From Eledone cirrhosa (lineage: Eukaryota), in the NCBI GenBank assembly GCA_964016885.1, contig OZ024741.1:202678001-202742000 (forward strand): a DNA stretch of 64,000 nt, given 5' to 3'. Position 1 is the first letter of the stretch; every line of letters begins with the position of its first letter. The translations under genes were made by a program, and so were the position numbers. Below are positions 13,147 to 27,279 of this stretch, piece after piece. Under the pieces are notes generated by a model. That model saw nothing but the letters and a program-made list of their open reading frames with translations. It was not told the DNA's origin and made no database searches.

Positions 13147-13395
13147 ATAGATAACTTATTTTCTCATTATTAAGTTGGCGTTCAGAACACCGTCTAACAA
13201 AGGTCCTTACGTAAAAAATTATGATGTTTTTAAAAAAAAATAAATAACATTAAAACAAGAGTTTTGTACCAAGGTTAGTTTCAGGTAGTTTGGTATCAAA
13301 AAAGTTCAAGCAAAGAAAAAATAAAAACCCTACAGAACAACAATATCGGAAGACAACAACAAGCATTCATTTGCCTGTTAATAATTACCGTATTT

Positions 13396-13514
<119 letters not shown>

Positions 13515-14059
13515 AAATAATTCTAATTATTCTGATTATTCAAACTAGTATATTGTAAAGATTTTACCTAACCGATTTATATTATATCTCATACCTGCAC
13601 ATTTATATTTGAGAGCGATATTACTGTGTTTTCTCGTCTATAATGTGAGAAATTTTAAACTAAAATTAAAGGTAAAAATGGTGTGGGTACCTTATATACA
13701 AGTCACGTTTTCAGAAATTTTTACTGAGCTTAAAAATATTTCAAATGGCAAAATTTGATGGATAACATATGTTTACGACAAAAATTATATATACGTAGAC
13801 ATGGCTGTACTCCAATGTCATATAATACACAATAATGCAATTTATTCTCGTTTTTATTTAGCTTTAATAACATAGGTCGTTTTATACACAGACGAATGCA
13901 GTATATCTCATATCGCCAAAGCTATTTTTATTTGGGAGTAATATTAGTAAATGAATGCGTAAATAAACATCTTATAAGCAGGTTAGCGAATGGCTTCAAA
14001 TTATGATAGGGAGATAAATTATAGAGGAGGAAAGAATTATGTCGAAGATTGTTTGATGC

Positions 14060-14400
14060 TTGACGTTAGGGCACCGGTAGTAGAGCAATGAATACTTTTA
14101 TGAAAGAGACCTGACATTGTGGTACCAGTAGCAGAACAACGAGTACCATATTGAAAGATGCCTGGCGTTAGAGCCCCAGTAGCAGAGCAATGGATACCTT
14201 ATTGAAAAATACCTTACGTTAGGACTCACTATTAAAGCAGTGGATACCTTATTGAAAAGTACTTTGCTATTAGAGCCTCGGTAGCAGAAAAGTACTTGAA
14301 TTAGGGATCAACTAGTAGATCAATGGGTACCTTATTGAAAGGTGCCAGGCGTTATAACACCACTAGCAGAGCATCGGATACCTATTGAAAGATGTAACAT
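14060..14400. repeat. Degenerate minisatellite, about 50-55 bp unit, about 6 copies
   Basis: Recurring GTTAG..AGTAGCAGAGCAATGGATACCTTATTGAAA. Confidence 0.8.
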
Positions 14401-14488
14401 GGCTGAGAGTGTGATGTTTCAAAGTCGAATATTTTTATACGTTCATTTCTGTCAATCATCGTCAGTAATGCGAGGTAGAGAGGCCCCC

Positions 14489-14594
<106 letters not shown>

Positions 14595-14888
14595 GTGGGA
14601 ATATTACACCATATTATATAATAACTAAATAAATATTTACTTACTGTTTCTCACTGTTCCTCACACGAATTAGTATTCATATTATTATAAATAATAATAT
14701 GAATACTAATACTACTAATGATAATATTAATAAAGAAATGTCCGTCTATAGTAGTTTAATTGGAAGAATATTTAATTTCTTGTAGATGCGGTATTCATAA
14801 CATTTCTTCGTTAAATACACAAGTCTACATCTGTTTGACGTGTTTAAAAGGAAATATCGTGTAGACAATACACAGACATTTTCTACTT

Positions 14889-14970
<82 letters not shown>

Positions 14971-14994
14971 CATATATAAATAGGTTTATATATA

Positions 14995-15078
<84 letters not shown>

Positions 15079-15139
15079 TATATATATATATGTATAAATA
15101 TTTACTCGTTGTTAACCCAACAATTTAAATATAACTTTC

Positions 15140-15176
<37 letters not shown>

Positions 15177-15295
15177 CTGCGGGTCCAGAATCAGACAGAT
15201 CCACACAATGATCGCGTCTCGAGCTGTCCGCCGGCGAAACAATTGTAACACACAATAAATTGAGTTCAGATGCATCACTGATTTTTCGTTTTATA

Positions 15296-16158
15296 TCTAT
15301 ATATTAATTTCAACAATGTCATTATTCCGTGTGTCATAATTCTCGATTATCATTGGTTCATAGGTTTCAAATGACTCCGTCCACCTCAACGACGCCAAAC
15401 TTAAATTAATATGCATAATGCCAATGAGGGAGTGAGAGGGGAGAGTAAGAAACAGAGAGGCAAAGTGAACGCTGTAACTATTACCATGTATGCGTGTGTA
15501 TGTACGTGCGCGTATGTTTATGTGTGTGCGCGTGCGTGCAGCGTTCCACAGAAAGTAAAAGCAATTCGACTTTGTCAAACAGTGAACTACAGCGGCGACG
15601 GCGTGCAGCCAGGAATGAAGAAAAACGGGCCGAACAGCGCCACTGGAACGCCGAACTTCAGAGGCGAAGACGTGCCGCCATGAATGAAGAGGAGCTGGCT
15701 GAACAACGCCAACGAAACACTGGAGCCAAGCAGCGACGGCGTGCTGCGATGGTTGAAGACGAACTGGCTGAGCATCATCTTTTATATTGATTATCTATAT
15801 CTATATCTACATATAATATAAAAGATTGGAACTTCCATCATCCTTTTGAGAAACGTGGAACAACCAAGTCTATGTAATGATACACGTTTTACAGTCAGGC
15901 AGAAGATGAACCATCTCCTAGAGGTCACTATTCTAGGTGGGAGCACCTAGAATTCTTCATATACTAGGCACAAACGGTACAACGAAGAATCTGGTATATC
16001 TGGAAGATTTTTTTAATTGTTTTTTGTATTTGTATCACACAGACACCACGGACTCGCCTCATACTGTAACTAGACAAACATCCAATACAGTCATTTTCTC
16101 TTTTACCTGTCTTCTCTTATCATCTGTTTACCCGGGCGAAGCTGGGTACGTCAGCTAG
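15296..16158 (+). mobile_element. Internally deleted Helitron
   Basis: A|TC start; R/E-rich repeat coding (15560-15775); Pif1-like helicase remnants IGTSIILLRNVEQPSLCNDTR and GTTKNLVYLE; 3' hairpin ACCCGGGCGAAGCTGGGT then CTAG|T. Confidence 0.8.
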
Positions 16159-16954
16159 TTATATATAATGTGTACTTTTTCAATCGAGAATCCATACTCT
16201 CCACGTATTCCATTTTGGAACACATATTATTTGTTCCGTATACAACCCAAGTGTACATCTCATACTCCTCCTATGTACTATCTCATGCGCACACACGTCT
16301 CTTCTTTTTTTTATATATCTCTATGTGACGTTATATGTATCAATCCCGCCGAGGTTAACTTTGCCTTTCATCCTTACGGGGTCGATAAAATAAAGTACCA
16401 GTAATGTACTGGGTATTTGCTGGCCTTGTGCCTAAAGTAGAAACAGTTATATGTATAAAGGGCGGTGGATTGGCAGTATCGGTAGAGAGTCGGACACCAT
16501 GCTTTCCAGCATAGTTACGTCCCTTTACGATCTGAGTTCAAATCCCGCCGAGGTTGACTTTGCCTTTCATCCTTACGGGGTCGATAAAATAAAGTACCAG
16601 TAATGCACTGGGTATTTGCTGGCCTTGTGCCTAAAGTAGAAACAGTTATATGTATATTTTTAATATATTGTATATTTGTATATTGTATATATTGTATATT
16701 TTATATGTGTGTATATATGTATGCGTATATGTATATATATATGTGTATATATAAATATATATATATGTATGTATATGTGTATGTGTAAGGATGTATGTAT
16801 ATGGTTATATTGTTTATATATGTGCATGTTTACTACAAGATACATCCTTTAATGTATGACGTTATATGTATATTTTAGTATATTGTAGGGTTTTTATATA
16901 TATGTGTATGTATGTGTGTGTATGTACATATGTGTGTGTGTGTATGTGTATATA

Positions 16955-17029
<75 letters not shown>

Positions 17030-17382
17030 ATGGATGTATGTATATGGTTATATTGTTTATATTTGTGCATGTGTATAACAAGATGCATCCTCATGTATGA
17101 CCCTTGTATGACCCATTGTATAGCTTTATATGACTTTGTGTGTATATGATATTTGTGTATAGACAGATATATATATATATGTATGTATCTTTGTAGACGT
17201 GCGTGGGCCTGTCGGTAATAGGCGCGTATTTGTAAGAGTGTACATGAGTACCAGCTCTAGCTAGGGGGGCTTAACGTTGCGATGGACTAACGTCTTGAAA
17301 TCAGGGTCCCCATTGGCCTGAAGAACCGCTGGACTTGGGACAGACTTTAACTAAACTTTTAAATTAATATATATATAAATAA

Positions 17383-17480
<98 letters not shown>

Positions 17481-17566
17481 AAAGTTATATTTAAATTGTT
17501 GGGTTACAACTAGTAAATATTTATAACTGATATAAAAGCACTCAACAAGTATTTGGAGTATATTTA

Positions 17567-17933
17567 CGATATTAAATAAATGGAAACTATATTTATAAAA
17601 CCATATTTATTTCATTATATATATTTCAGGGATATCATATTAACAATATCTTATGCCTTCTTCAGACAAAATACAATATAGTCAGTTTTATAGATAAATA
17701 GATTTGACATACCGTTCAACATCGACTTGTATTTGAAAAAGTTGATTTGGCAGAATCAACTTTTTCAAATACAAGTCGATGTTGAACGGTATGTCAAATC
17801 TATTTATCTATAAAACTGACTATATTGTATTTTGTCTGAAGAAGGCATAATATATTGTTAATATGATATCCCTGAAATATATATAATGAAATAAATATGG
17901 TTTTATAAATATAGTTTCCATTTATTTAATATC

Positions 17934-17935
<2 letters not shown>
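17567..17935. repeat. Near-perfect fold-back palindrome, about 185 bp arms
   Basis: Arms meet at about 17750-17757 (AAGTTGATT..AATCAACTT); each arm has CTGAAGA...GAAA around a long hairpin (17836-17877); flanked by (TA)n. Confidence 0.9.
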
Positions 17936-17990
<55 letters not shown>

Positions 17991-17997
<7 letters not shown>

Positions 17998-18197
17998 TAA
18001 AATAACAGATTAAAGTTTAAGCAAAGAATCGCTGCTTTCACCCTTAACGGGATCTTCTGAAACTAACAAAGTCAATCTGTTAACGCAGAACTGGATATTT
18101 CAATATAACAGATTGACTTTGTTAGTTTCAGAAGATCCCGTTAAGGGTGAAAGCAGCGATTCTTTGCTTAAACTTTAATCTGTTATTTTAATAAATA
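17991..18197. repeat. Fold-back with about 90 bp arms, each carrying a mutated hammerhead
   Basis: 18124-18174: AGTTT-CAGAAGA-TCCCGTTAAGGGT-GAAA-GCAGCGATTCTTTGC-TT-AAACT; mirror copy about 18015-18065. Confidence 0.85.
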
Positions 18198-18277
18198 TTT
18201 GCTCTACGGTTCTTATATATTTGATATATTTTTATCCTTATCGAGCCCTCTTTGGATTTTAGTCTTCAAATTTACTA

Positions 18278-18308
<31 letters not shown>

Positions 18309-18354
18309 ATATATATATATATATAAATATATATATATATTTATATATATATAA

Positions 18355-18459
<105 letters not shown>

Positions 18460-18492
18460 TAAATATATATCACACACATACACACACACATA

Positions 18493-18581
<89 letters not shown>

Positions 18582-18675
18582 TTATACATATTGGATTAGT
18601 TACTTAATTTCATGCCACTTAAGAATAATTATTTAGTTTCTTACAACTATTCACACTTTGAATTAACCTTTTAGT

Positions 18676-18725
<50 letters not shown>

Positions 18726-18789
18726 CTCATATACACAATCATACATGCACACCAAAAAAATAAACATATTTTGTATGTGTGGGATGTGA

Positions 18790-18820
<31 letters not shown>

Positions 18821-18954
18821 TGTATGTATGTATGTATGTATGTATGTATGTATGTATGTATGTATGTACGTACGTATGCATGCATGCATGTATGTACGTA
18901 TGTATGTATGCATGCATGCATGTATGTACGTATGTATGCATGTATGTACGTATA

Positions 18955-21145
18955 TTCTTCTGGTTTTATAATTTCACTAATTTTTGCCAATAGGGAGAGA
19001 GTCGGTTTCTAACATAGACACAAGACTCTCTCATTGGAATTTACACAACATTAACTAGGTAGATATGTATGTATGCATGTGTAGATATGGATGTTATTAT
19101 ATGTGTGCATGTGGATGTTTTGAGTTGTATGTGAGCATGTGTATTTTCTTAGTATCTGTACAGTTATTAGATGCAAAATGTTTGGAATGTTTTACATATT
19201 TCTACTGTTCCATTAATGGATTTTACTTGTAATTTCCTAACTAGTTGTGTTCGTTCTATTCCTGTGAAGCCCAGCATCTCAAGATTTGTATTCAGGCAGT
19301 TACTAACATATCCCAGTGCCCCAATAATCACAGGCATACATCTGAAGGTATAGTCAGGGTGGAGTATCTGCAGATTTCTCATCAGTTCTGCATAAATATT
19401 CTCCTTTTCGCTAATCTTTGATACTATATTGGCATCTGTTGGGCAGCTAATTTCCACTACTGTGCATGCCTACTTTTCCCTGTCCCACATCATTATATCT
19501 GGTCTGTTATGCCTGCCATTTATTGGGGTTCTTACTGGAACATTCCACCAGTACTCTTTCATATTATGTATATATTGATGTCTTCCACATTGCTGTAGCT
19601 TTTAATGTGTTTATTATCGGGGCTATCTTTTCTACGGATTGCATTGTACAGTGTTTTAGCCACTACACCATGCCTCATAGGTAGATAGTACCGCGATGAC
19701 ATCTTTGGACAGCTGCTTATTACATGGGTGAGATATTCGATGTTAATTCTGCAGAGTCTGCACTTGTTATCACATCTAGGTGTTTTCCTGCATCCCTATC
19801 TCGTTTGTGAATCAGGTATTTCGTGTTGATTTCCTGTTCTTGGATTGCAAAAGCGTATCCTTCAAAGTGGTAGCCAATATAGCGGTTGTTGGTCCAAGAT
19901 AGACTACTTTCCTTATGTATATTACTCTCACTCTGGAGCTTCCTGGTAACATATCCATGCATGATTTTTTGCTGATAAGCATGCAGTTTTTCATCCATGG
20001 ATTCACTGCGATACTGCTGAGCGACTTCCCTGGGTGTGAGTTTTTGATTATCACACAGGGAATACCTCTCGAGGAGTTCCTTCCCAACTCTCATGATCTT
20101 ATCTGTTTCATGCAGATAGACTTGCTCGAGAGACGGGCTCCTACGCTTCGAGGTTCGTAGATGTTGTCAGAGGGATATGATGCGACATTCAAATACTGTC
20201 TGGACTGATGTTAGGCCTCTGCCTCCCTGCTTACGTTTCAAGTAAAGGCGGTCTATGTCACTGTTGATGTGGAAGTTTCCGGTGTTGTTCAGTATTTTTC
20301 GATTTCTAACATCAATTGCTCGGATTTCGTCTATCGTCCAATTGAGTATTCCAAAAGTTGGTGTTAGGACAGGCACAGCAAACACATTGTGAGTCACTGT
20401 TTTGTCTTGCGCAGAGAGTTCCGGTGACCATATCTTTCTTAATCGGGTGTAGTATTCCATGGTTACGCGTTCCTTATTACATATACCATTATAGGATCTG
20501 TTCTCATCTTTCCCCAGGTATCTGCAGCAGTCCTCATCAGATATTGGTGAAACAGTTAGGCCATTGATACAAATGTTGGTAGATTGGGTTGTTGTTTTTC
20601 CCCGCTTTACAGTCATATATGAGCATTTATCTTGGCCAAACTCCATTCCCATATCCTTTGAGAATGTTGTAACCAGGTCAAGATCTTTCTTCATCCCATC
20701 CATGTTCTTGGCATAGAGTTTCAGATCATCCACAAAAAAATTATGGGTTAGGTTCGTATTTCTGTCCTCCCGTGAGCCAATGATGTATCCTTCACATTTA
20801 TTGAGCAGAAAGGACAAGGGGTTTAATCACAGGATGAATAATATCACAGATAGACTGTCTCCCTGAAATATACCCCTGCGATATTTTATTTTATCAGTGA
20901 AAATAGAGTCCTCCCTCTCTGTCTTTAACTTTAGGAGAGTAGCCCAAGAAGAAGGCAGCTTCTCTATGGCTCTGATAATAATGTCTGGGACTTTAGGAAG
21001 TTGGAGGGCCTCTATCATCCAAGAGTGGGGAACAGAATCGAAAGCTTTCCTGTAATCCAGCTAGACTGTAGCCACATTCCTCCTGTCGCACCTCCGACAT
21101 CACAGTTTTGTTGATTAGGAGTTGTTCAGCACATCCCCAAACCCC
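18955..21145 (-). mobile_element. R4/Dong-like RLE non-LTR retrotransposon, 5'-truncated and degenerate
   Basis: GIFQGDSLS, FFVDDLKLYA, CCHC knuckle remnant, PDI..WD..VEISCP nuclease motif; 3' end abuts (TATG)n at 18790-18950. Confidence 0.88.
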
Positions 21146-21164
21146 TATGTTTTTATGTAGGTAG

Positions 21165-22345
<1,181 letters not shown>

Positions 22346-22529
22346 CCTCATGTATGTATGTCTGTATGTCATTATGGTTTTATAATTCACAAATACCGTT
22401 TTTAAACAAGTTTTATCCCGTTTATTGTACTTTATTAGATTCTTACTTCTCTTCTCAGCTCCCTATAAGCTTGCTCTTCTTACCTTGCTCTAAACCGCAC
22501 GCACTACACTATAAAAAATACACAACCCA

Positions 22530-22597
<68 letters not shown>

Positions 22598-22602
<5 letters not shown>

Positions 22603-23750
22603 CGAAGAAATTGATGAAAGAGAAGCAAGCCGTTAAAATATATTTATAAGAAGCTCTTACACATGTTACGCCCAAGTTGGACTCCTCAGAGGCTCACCCT
22701 ACAACTTCAAGAAAAACTGTCAGCTCTGTCTCGTGAAGCTTTACTATATAGTGCAAGCGCCCCCTGATCTCATCAACAGTCGAGCCGAAACCGTCATCAA
22801 TTGCGGCCATAGACTACAACAGTCGTTCTACAGATGGACCAAGGATAATACTCCATAGTACCAGGGCATTTTACACCGCACCCTGGCTTGTCTTAAAACG
22901 GTGGGTTAAAAATTAAACATCTGTGAACAATACTATTATCCAGCCCCCGTCATCCCTCAAGGGTGTTGCACTACATGTGTCCAGACCTGATTGCCTCGTC
23001 GTATTCCTCCACACCAACAGAATAAATCTTGAGTATCTCTGCAGGATCGATGATCATACCGTTTAAACACCATGGGCATATAATCATGTGATTGTGCAGG
23101 GCCTGACATTTATGCCTTTACACTTCTCGGCGTTTAAACCTTTGTTGAAATTGCAGCTTCATACTAACTTAAACCGGTACATAAGTTTCATCGACCTTAA
23201 TATTATTGAACACTCACATTCATACCTTAACTGTGCCTCTGCAAATTGGCTTCACAAGGCATAATTAAATTAGCATGTAGTAAATAGACTTAGGGGAATA
23301 AATAAATATTTTGTAATAGTGGACGGAAATTCAGCAGATAATTCCAAATAACACTGGAATTACCCCCCCCCCCTTTGTTCACAAACATAAACATCTAACT
23401 TTGTAACATGGAGATATGAATTTCGATGTTAAAATCGTACTCATACCCATTCATGGTTCCTAATTAAACTCTTTATTTTCTCGTGAGCCTCTGAGGAGCC
23501 TAACTTGGGCGTAACATGTATAAGAGCTTCTTATAAATATATTTTAACGGCTTGCTTCTCTTTCATCAATTTCTTCGATTATAATTGCTCTGCTTAAATT
23601 TGCACACTAAATATTAACACTTCTAATATTTAACCCTGTTTGCACAAACATCGAGCAGAAATGCACCCGCTTATGGAAATTAATTATCTGTATCGTCTCC
23701 TTCTATAACGCTTTCTCTCTCGATTCTCTCTCACGATACTGTAACATTTT
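22598..23750. mobile_element. (TA)n-flanked non-coding element with 100 bp inverted repeat containing a degenerate hammerhead
   Basis: 22598-22698 is the inverse of 23483-23583; CTGAGGA-GCCTAACTTGGGC-GTAA-CATGTA-TA-AGAG (GAAA changed to GTAA in both arms). Confidence 0.7.
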
Positions 23751-23902
23751 ATTATATATATATATATATATATATAAACACTCACACATACATATATATA
23801 TATTTACACACACACACACAACCACATATACACACACATATATATATAATAATGAGTATAATCGAAGTTGCAGCTGCACAATAGCAGATGAACAATCGAA
23901 TT

Positions 23903-23960
<58 letters not shown>

Positions 23961-23986
23961 CAGTCCAGCCTCCTGTCATTTTACTC

Positions 23987-24025
<39 letters not shown>

Positions 24026-24571
24026 AGTTGCGTGTGATTTTATTGAGAAAATTGGCAAAATGAGCATCCTCAAATATAACTATTCCCAAGGTAACTCTCT
24101 CTTGTGTTGTTATTTTTATTTTATCCTTTATACTCTTCCCTTCTTTCTTCTACACATTTACACATCTTTACACACCACGCATCTCAACGTACACCCACTT
24201 ACATCTCTCTCTCCACCACCGGATCTTGTTACCCGGAGATTTACCCATTTACATTGTCGAGGCTTCCAAACGACTTAAAGATATTTATTTATTATTCCAC
24301 AATGCTTCAAGCAAACTTCAATACTCTCATATATAATTATATTTGGGGATGATCATTTTGCCAATTTTGTCAATAAAATCTCACGCAACTATTTGACTTT
24401 CACTTCCTTTTTATTATCATTAGTTCTGGGCTATTGGATCACATCTTTTTCCTCATACACTCTGTGACCTCCTAAATGATTATTTCTTCTCTGTGTCTCC
24501 TACTTTTTTTGTTTTATTGAGTTTATTTTCCCAGAAAGAAAAGGAGACACAGAGAAGAAGAACAAATATTA

Positions 24572-24614
24572 GTTATTGAGGAGGCCACAGAATGTGTGGC
24601 GAAAGAGCTTTGAC
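24572..24614 (+). ncRNA. Minimal hammerhead, PLE family A variant
   Basis: GTTA-TTGAGGA-G-GCCACAGAATGTGTGGC-GAAA-GAGC-TT-TGAC. Confidence 0.7.
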
Positions 24615-25163
24615 GAGATAACAAGTAACCGATAACCAATAACCAACAAAAGTCAAATTGTGCGTGTTTTTATTGACAAAATGACCATCCAAAATTTAAC
24701 AATTTCAACACATAAAGAATCTTGCAAAACAAATACATAAATGTATATATCAGGCAAATGATTAAAAAAAGGGTTTAGAAAACGCACCTAGTATATATAT
24801 AGCCAAAGAAAGGTAGAGTTGAGCCCCTTGTCACAAATAAAAAAATAAATTATACACACAAGCAACAACGGAAGAAGTAGTTGTATCCCTTACTTGAGCA
24901 AGGAGAGAAACGACAAAAACAAATGTGGTCGAAAATCAGCATACAGGAGTTGTAACGAAAAAATAGTTTAACCTCATAACAAATGTTTTGATTAACCAAA
25001 AGGGAGAAAACAGACTTTGCTAACATCAATTTTTTTGTACATGTTACAAAGATCATTTTTATATATCTATATATACCAAGTGCATTTTCCTTATATAACA
25101 TGATGTGTATAGAATGTTTTCTAACGACCACACCTTTTCACTATATATGTACACACACACTCA

Positions 25164-25220
<57 letters not shown>

Positions 25221-25226
<6 letters not shown>

Positions 25227-26153
25227 GATCGAGTATCGAAAAATCGGCGCACGAGTTCACGATAAACGAAATTCGATATGAGCGGCAGAGGGCTCAATAA
25301 TTCAGATGAATCAGAGCTATAACTATCGTTAAAATACCGTCACACATAGAACAAGTCTACAATCAACCATACGATTTAAAATCGATAAAGGAAGATTCGG
25401 GCCAAACAGATAAAAAATATCAATAAAACAATACGTCAATAATTTAAATGAATGTAAAATCATACCCGGACTCACTAGACAGGTGTTAAATCTAGCTTCA
25501 TGGGTTTCTGTAAATCCTTAGACTGTACTCTATCAGCTCACATATAAATATAAAAGCCTACTAGAGCAAGTGGAACGGAGGTTTACGTTATCAACGAGTT
25601 TTTTCCTGGCGGCAGAGGAGCCAACTACCAGTGAAAAACGCACATGGCATTAGACAAGGGAGATGACCCCTATATCCGCGAAAACAATTCGAGTGAATGT
25701 GGAAATACACATATCGAATTAGAGTGCTCAATAGACATGTTAAAATAAAACAAAAGCTATTCATCACTCAATAGAATCGACAAAAAATGAGCAATAAAAT
25801 TAACTGGTGGATAGCTATGTCCAGAGCTAAATATATTAGAAAGATCGAGTATCGAAAAATCGGCGCACGAGTTCACGATAAACGAAATTCGATATGAGCG
25901 GCAGAGGGCTCAATAATTCAGATGAATCAGAGCTATAACTATCGTTAAAATACCGTCACACATAGAACAAGTCTACAATCAACCATACGATTTAAAATCG
26001 ATAAAGGAAGATTCGGGCCAAACAGATAAAAAATATCAATAAAACAATACGTCAATAATTTAAATGAATGTAAAATCATACCCGGACCCACTAGACAGGT
26101 GTTAAATCTAGCTTCATGGGTTTCTGTAAATCCTTAGACTGTACTCTATCAGC
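25221..26153. repeat. 1.5-copy tandem repeat of a 616 bp non-coding unit between (TA)n tracts
   Basis: TAGAAAGATCGAGTATCG at 25221 and 25837; copies nearly identical. Confidence 0.92.
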
Positions 26154-26171
26154 TATATATATATATATATA

Positions 26172-27100
26172 TTAGTTTTGCGAGGTTTTTGATATGAAAT
26201 CGTGTGTCGAAACAAATATTGTTATACTTGGGGAGGGTCATATTTGTGTAATAATATTGCCAGAATTAATAACAGAACACACTCACTGTTTGGTTGGTTT
26301 TCGCTTCTGTATCTTTTATATCAGTTAATTTAATTTATTCGGTCCTCAATGTTACCATTGACTGACCAACGGTAAAAAAATACAGATATAATATAGACAC
26401 AAACACATATATATAGTCTAACAAAGTTCTTTCGTTGCACATCTGCAACATCGTCAGTGGTGCTATTATGTTTCCTCCTGTTGTATTGTATGTCTACGCC
26501 ATCTTTATTTAATCTGCTTATTCATTTATTTATTTATTTTTGTCTTCTTCTCTGCGAATGCGTTTGCGTGTGTGTATAGTGTTTGGTGTGTGTTCGTGTT
26601 TGGGTGACTGTGTTTTGGTTATTGTATTCTATCTTAGTTTACTAGTGTGTGTTTATATGTGTTTGTTGTTATTGTGCTTGTGTATGTATTTATTTATTCA
26701 TTTATCCTTCTCTTAGGTCAGTATTGTTTGTTTGGATGTTGTTGTTATTCCATTCATTTTTTTCTGTTTAGCTTTGGCCTTCTAAGTTCTATTTCACTAG
26801 CCTCTCTGATTTGCCTATCCGCTGGGTCATTTCTATGTTTAGATATTATTCGATGTTGTCTATGTTACCGTCATGTTGTTGTCTGGCGTGTTCGTATAGT
26901 ACTGAACCGTTTTTTCGTCCTTTTAGTTCCCCCCAGTGTTGGTCTACCCTTTCACCTATGCTACGAGCTGTCTCGCCTATGTATGTTGTTGTCATGTTTC
27001 TGATATAAAAGATACAGAAGCGAAAACCAACCAAACAGTGAATGTGTTCTGTTATTAATTCTGGCAATATTATTACACAAATATGACCCTCCCCAAGTAT
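26172..27100 (-). mobile_element. PLE 3' fragment (GIY-YIG plus terminus) capped by an inverted terminus copy
   Basis: YIGETARSIGERVDQHW motif; 27005-27098 is the inverse of 26225-26320; hammerhead at 26422-26459(-): CA-CTGACGA-T-GTTGCAGATGTGCAAC-GAAA-GAAC-TT-TG. Confidence 0.85.
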
Positions 27101-27279
27101 ATATATATACATATATATATATATTCCATACACGCGTCTACGGAATGCTCTGCCACTTGCTTTCACACATACACACACATATATAAATATGTATATATAT
27201 ATATATAAATAAATAAATAAATAAATATATATATATATTTATTTATTTATTTATTTATATATATATACATATATATATA

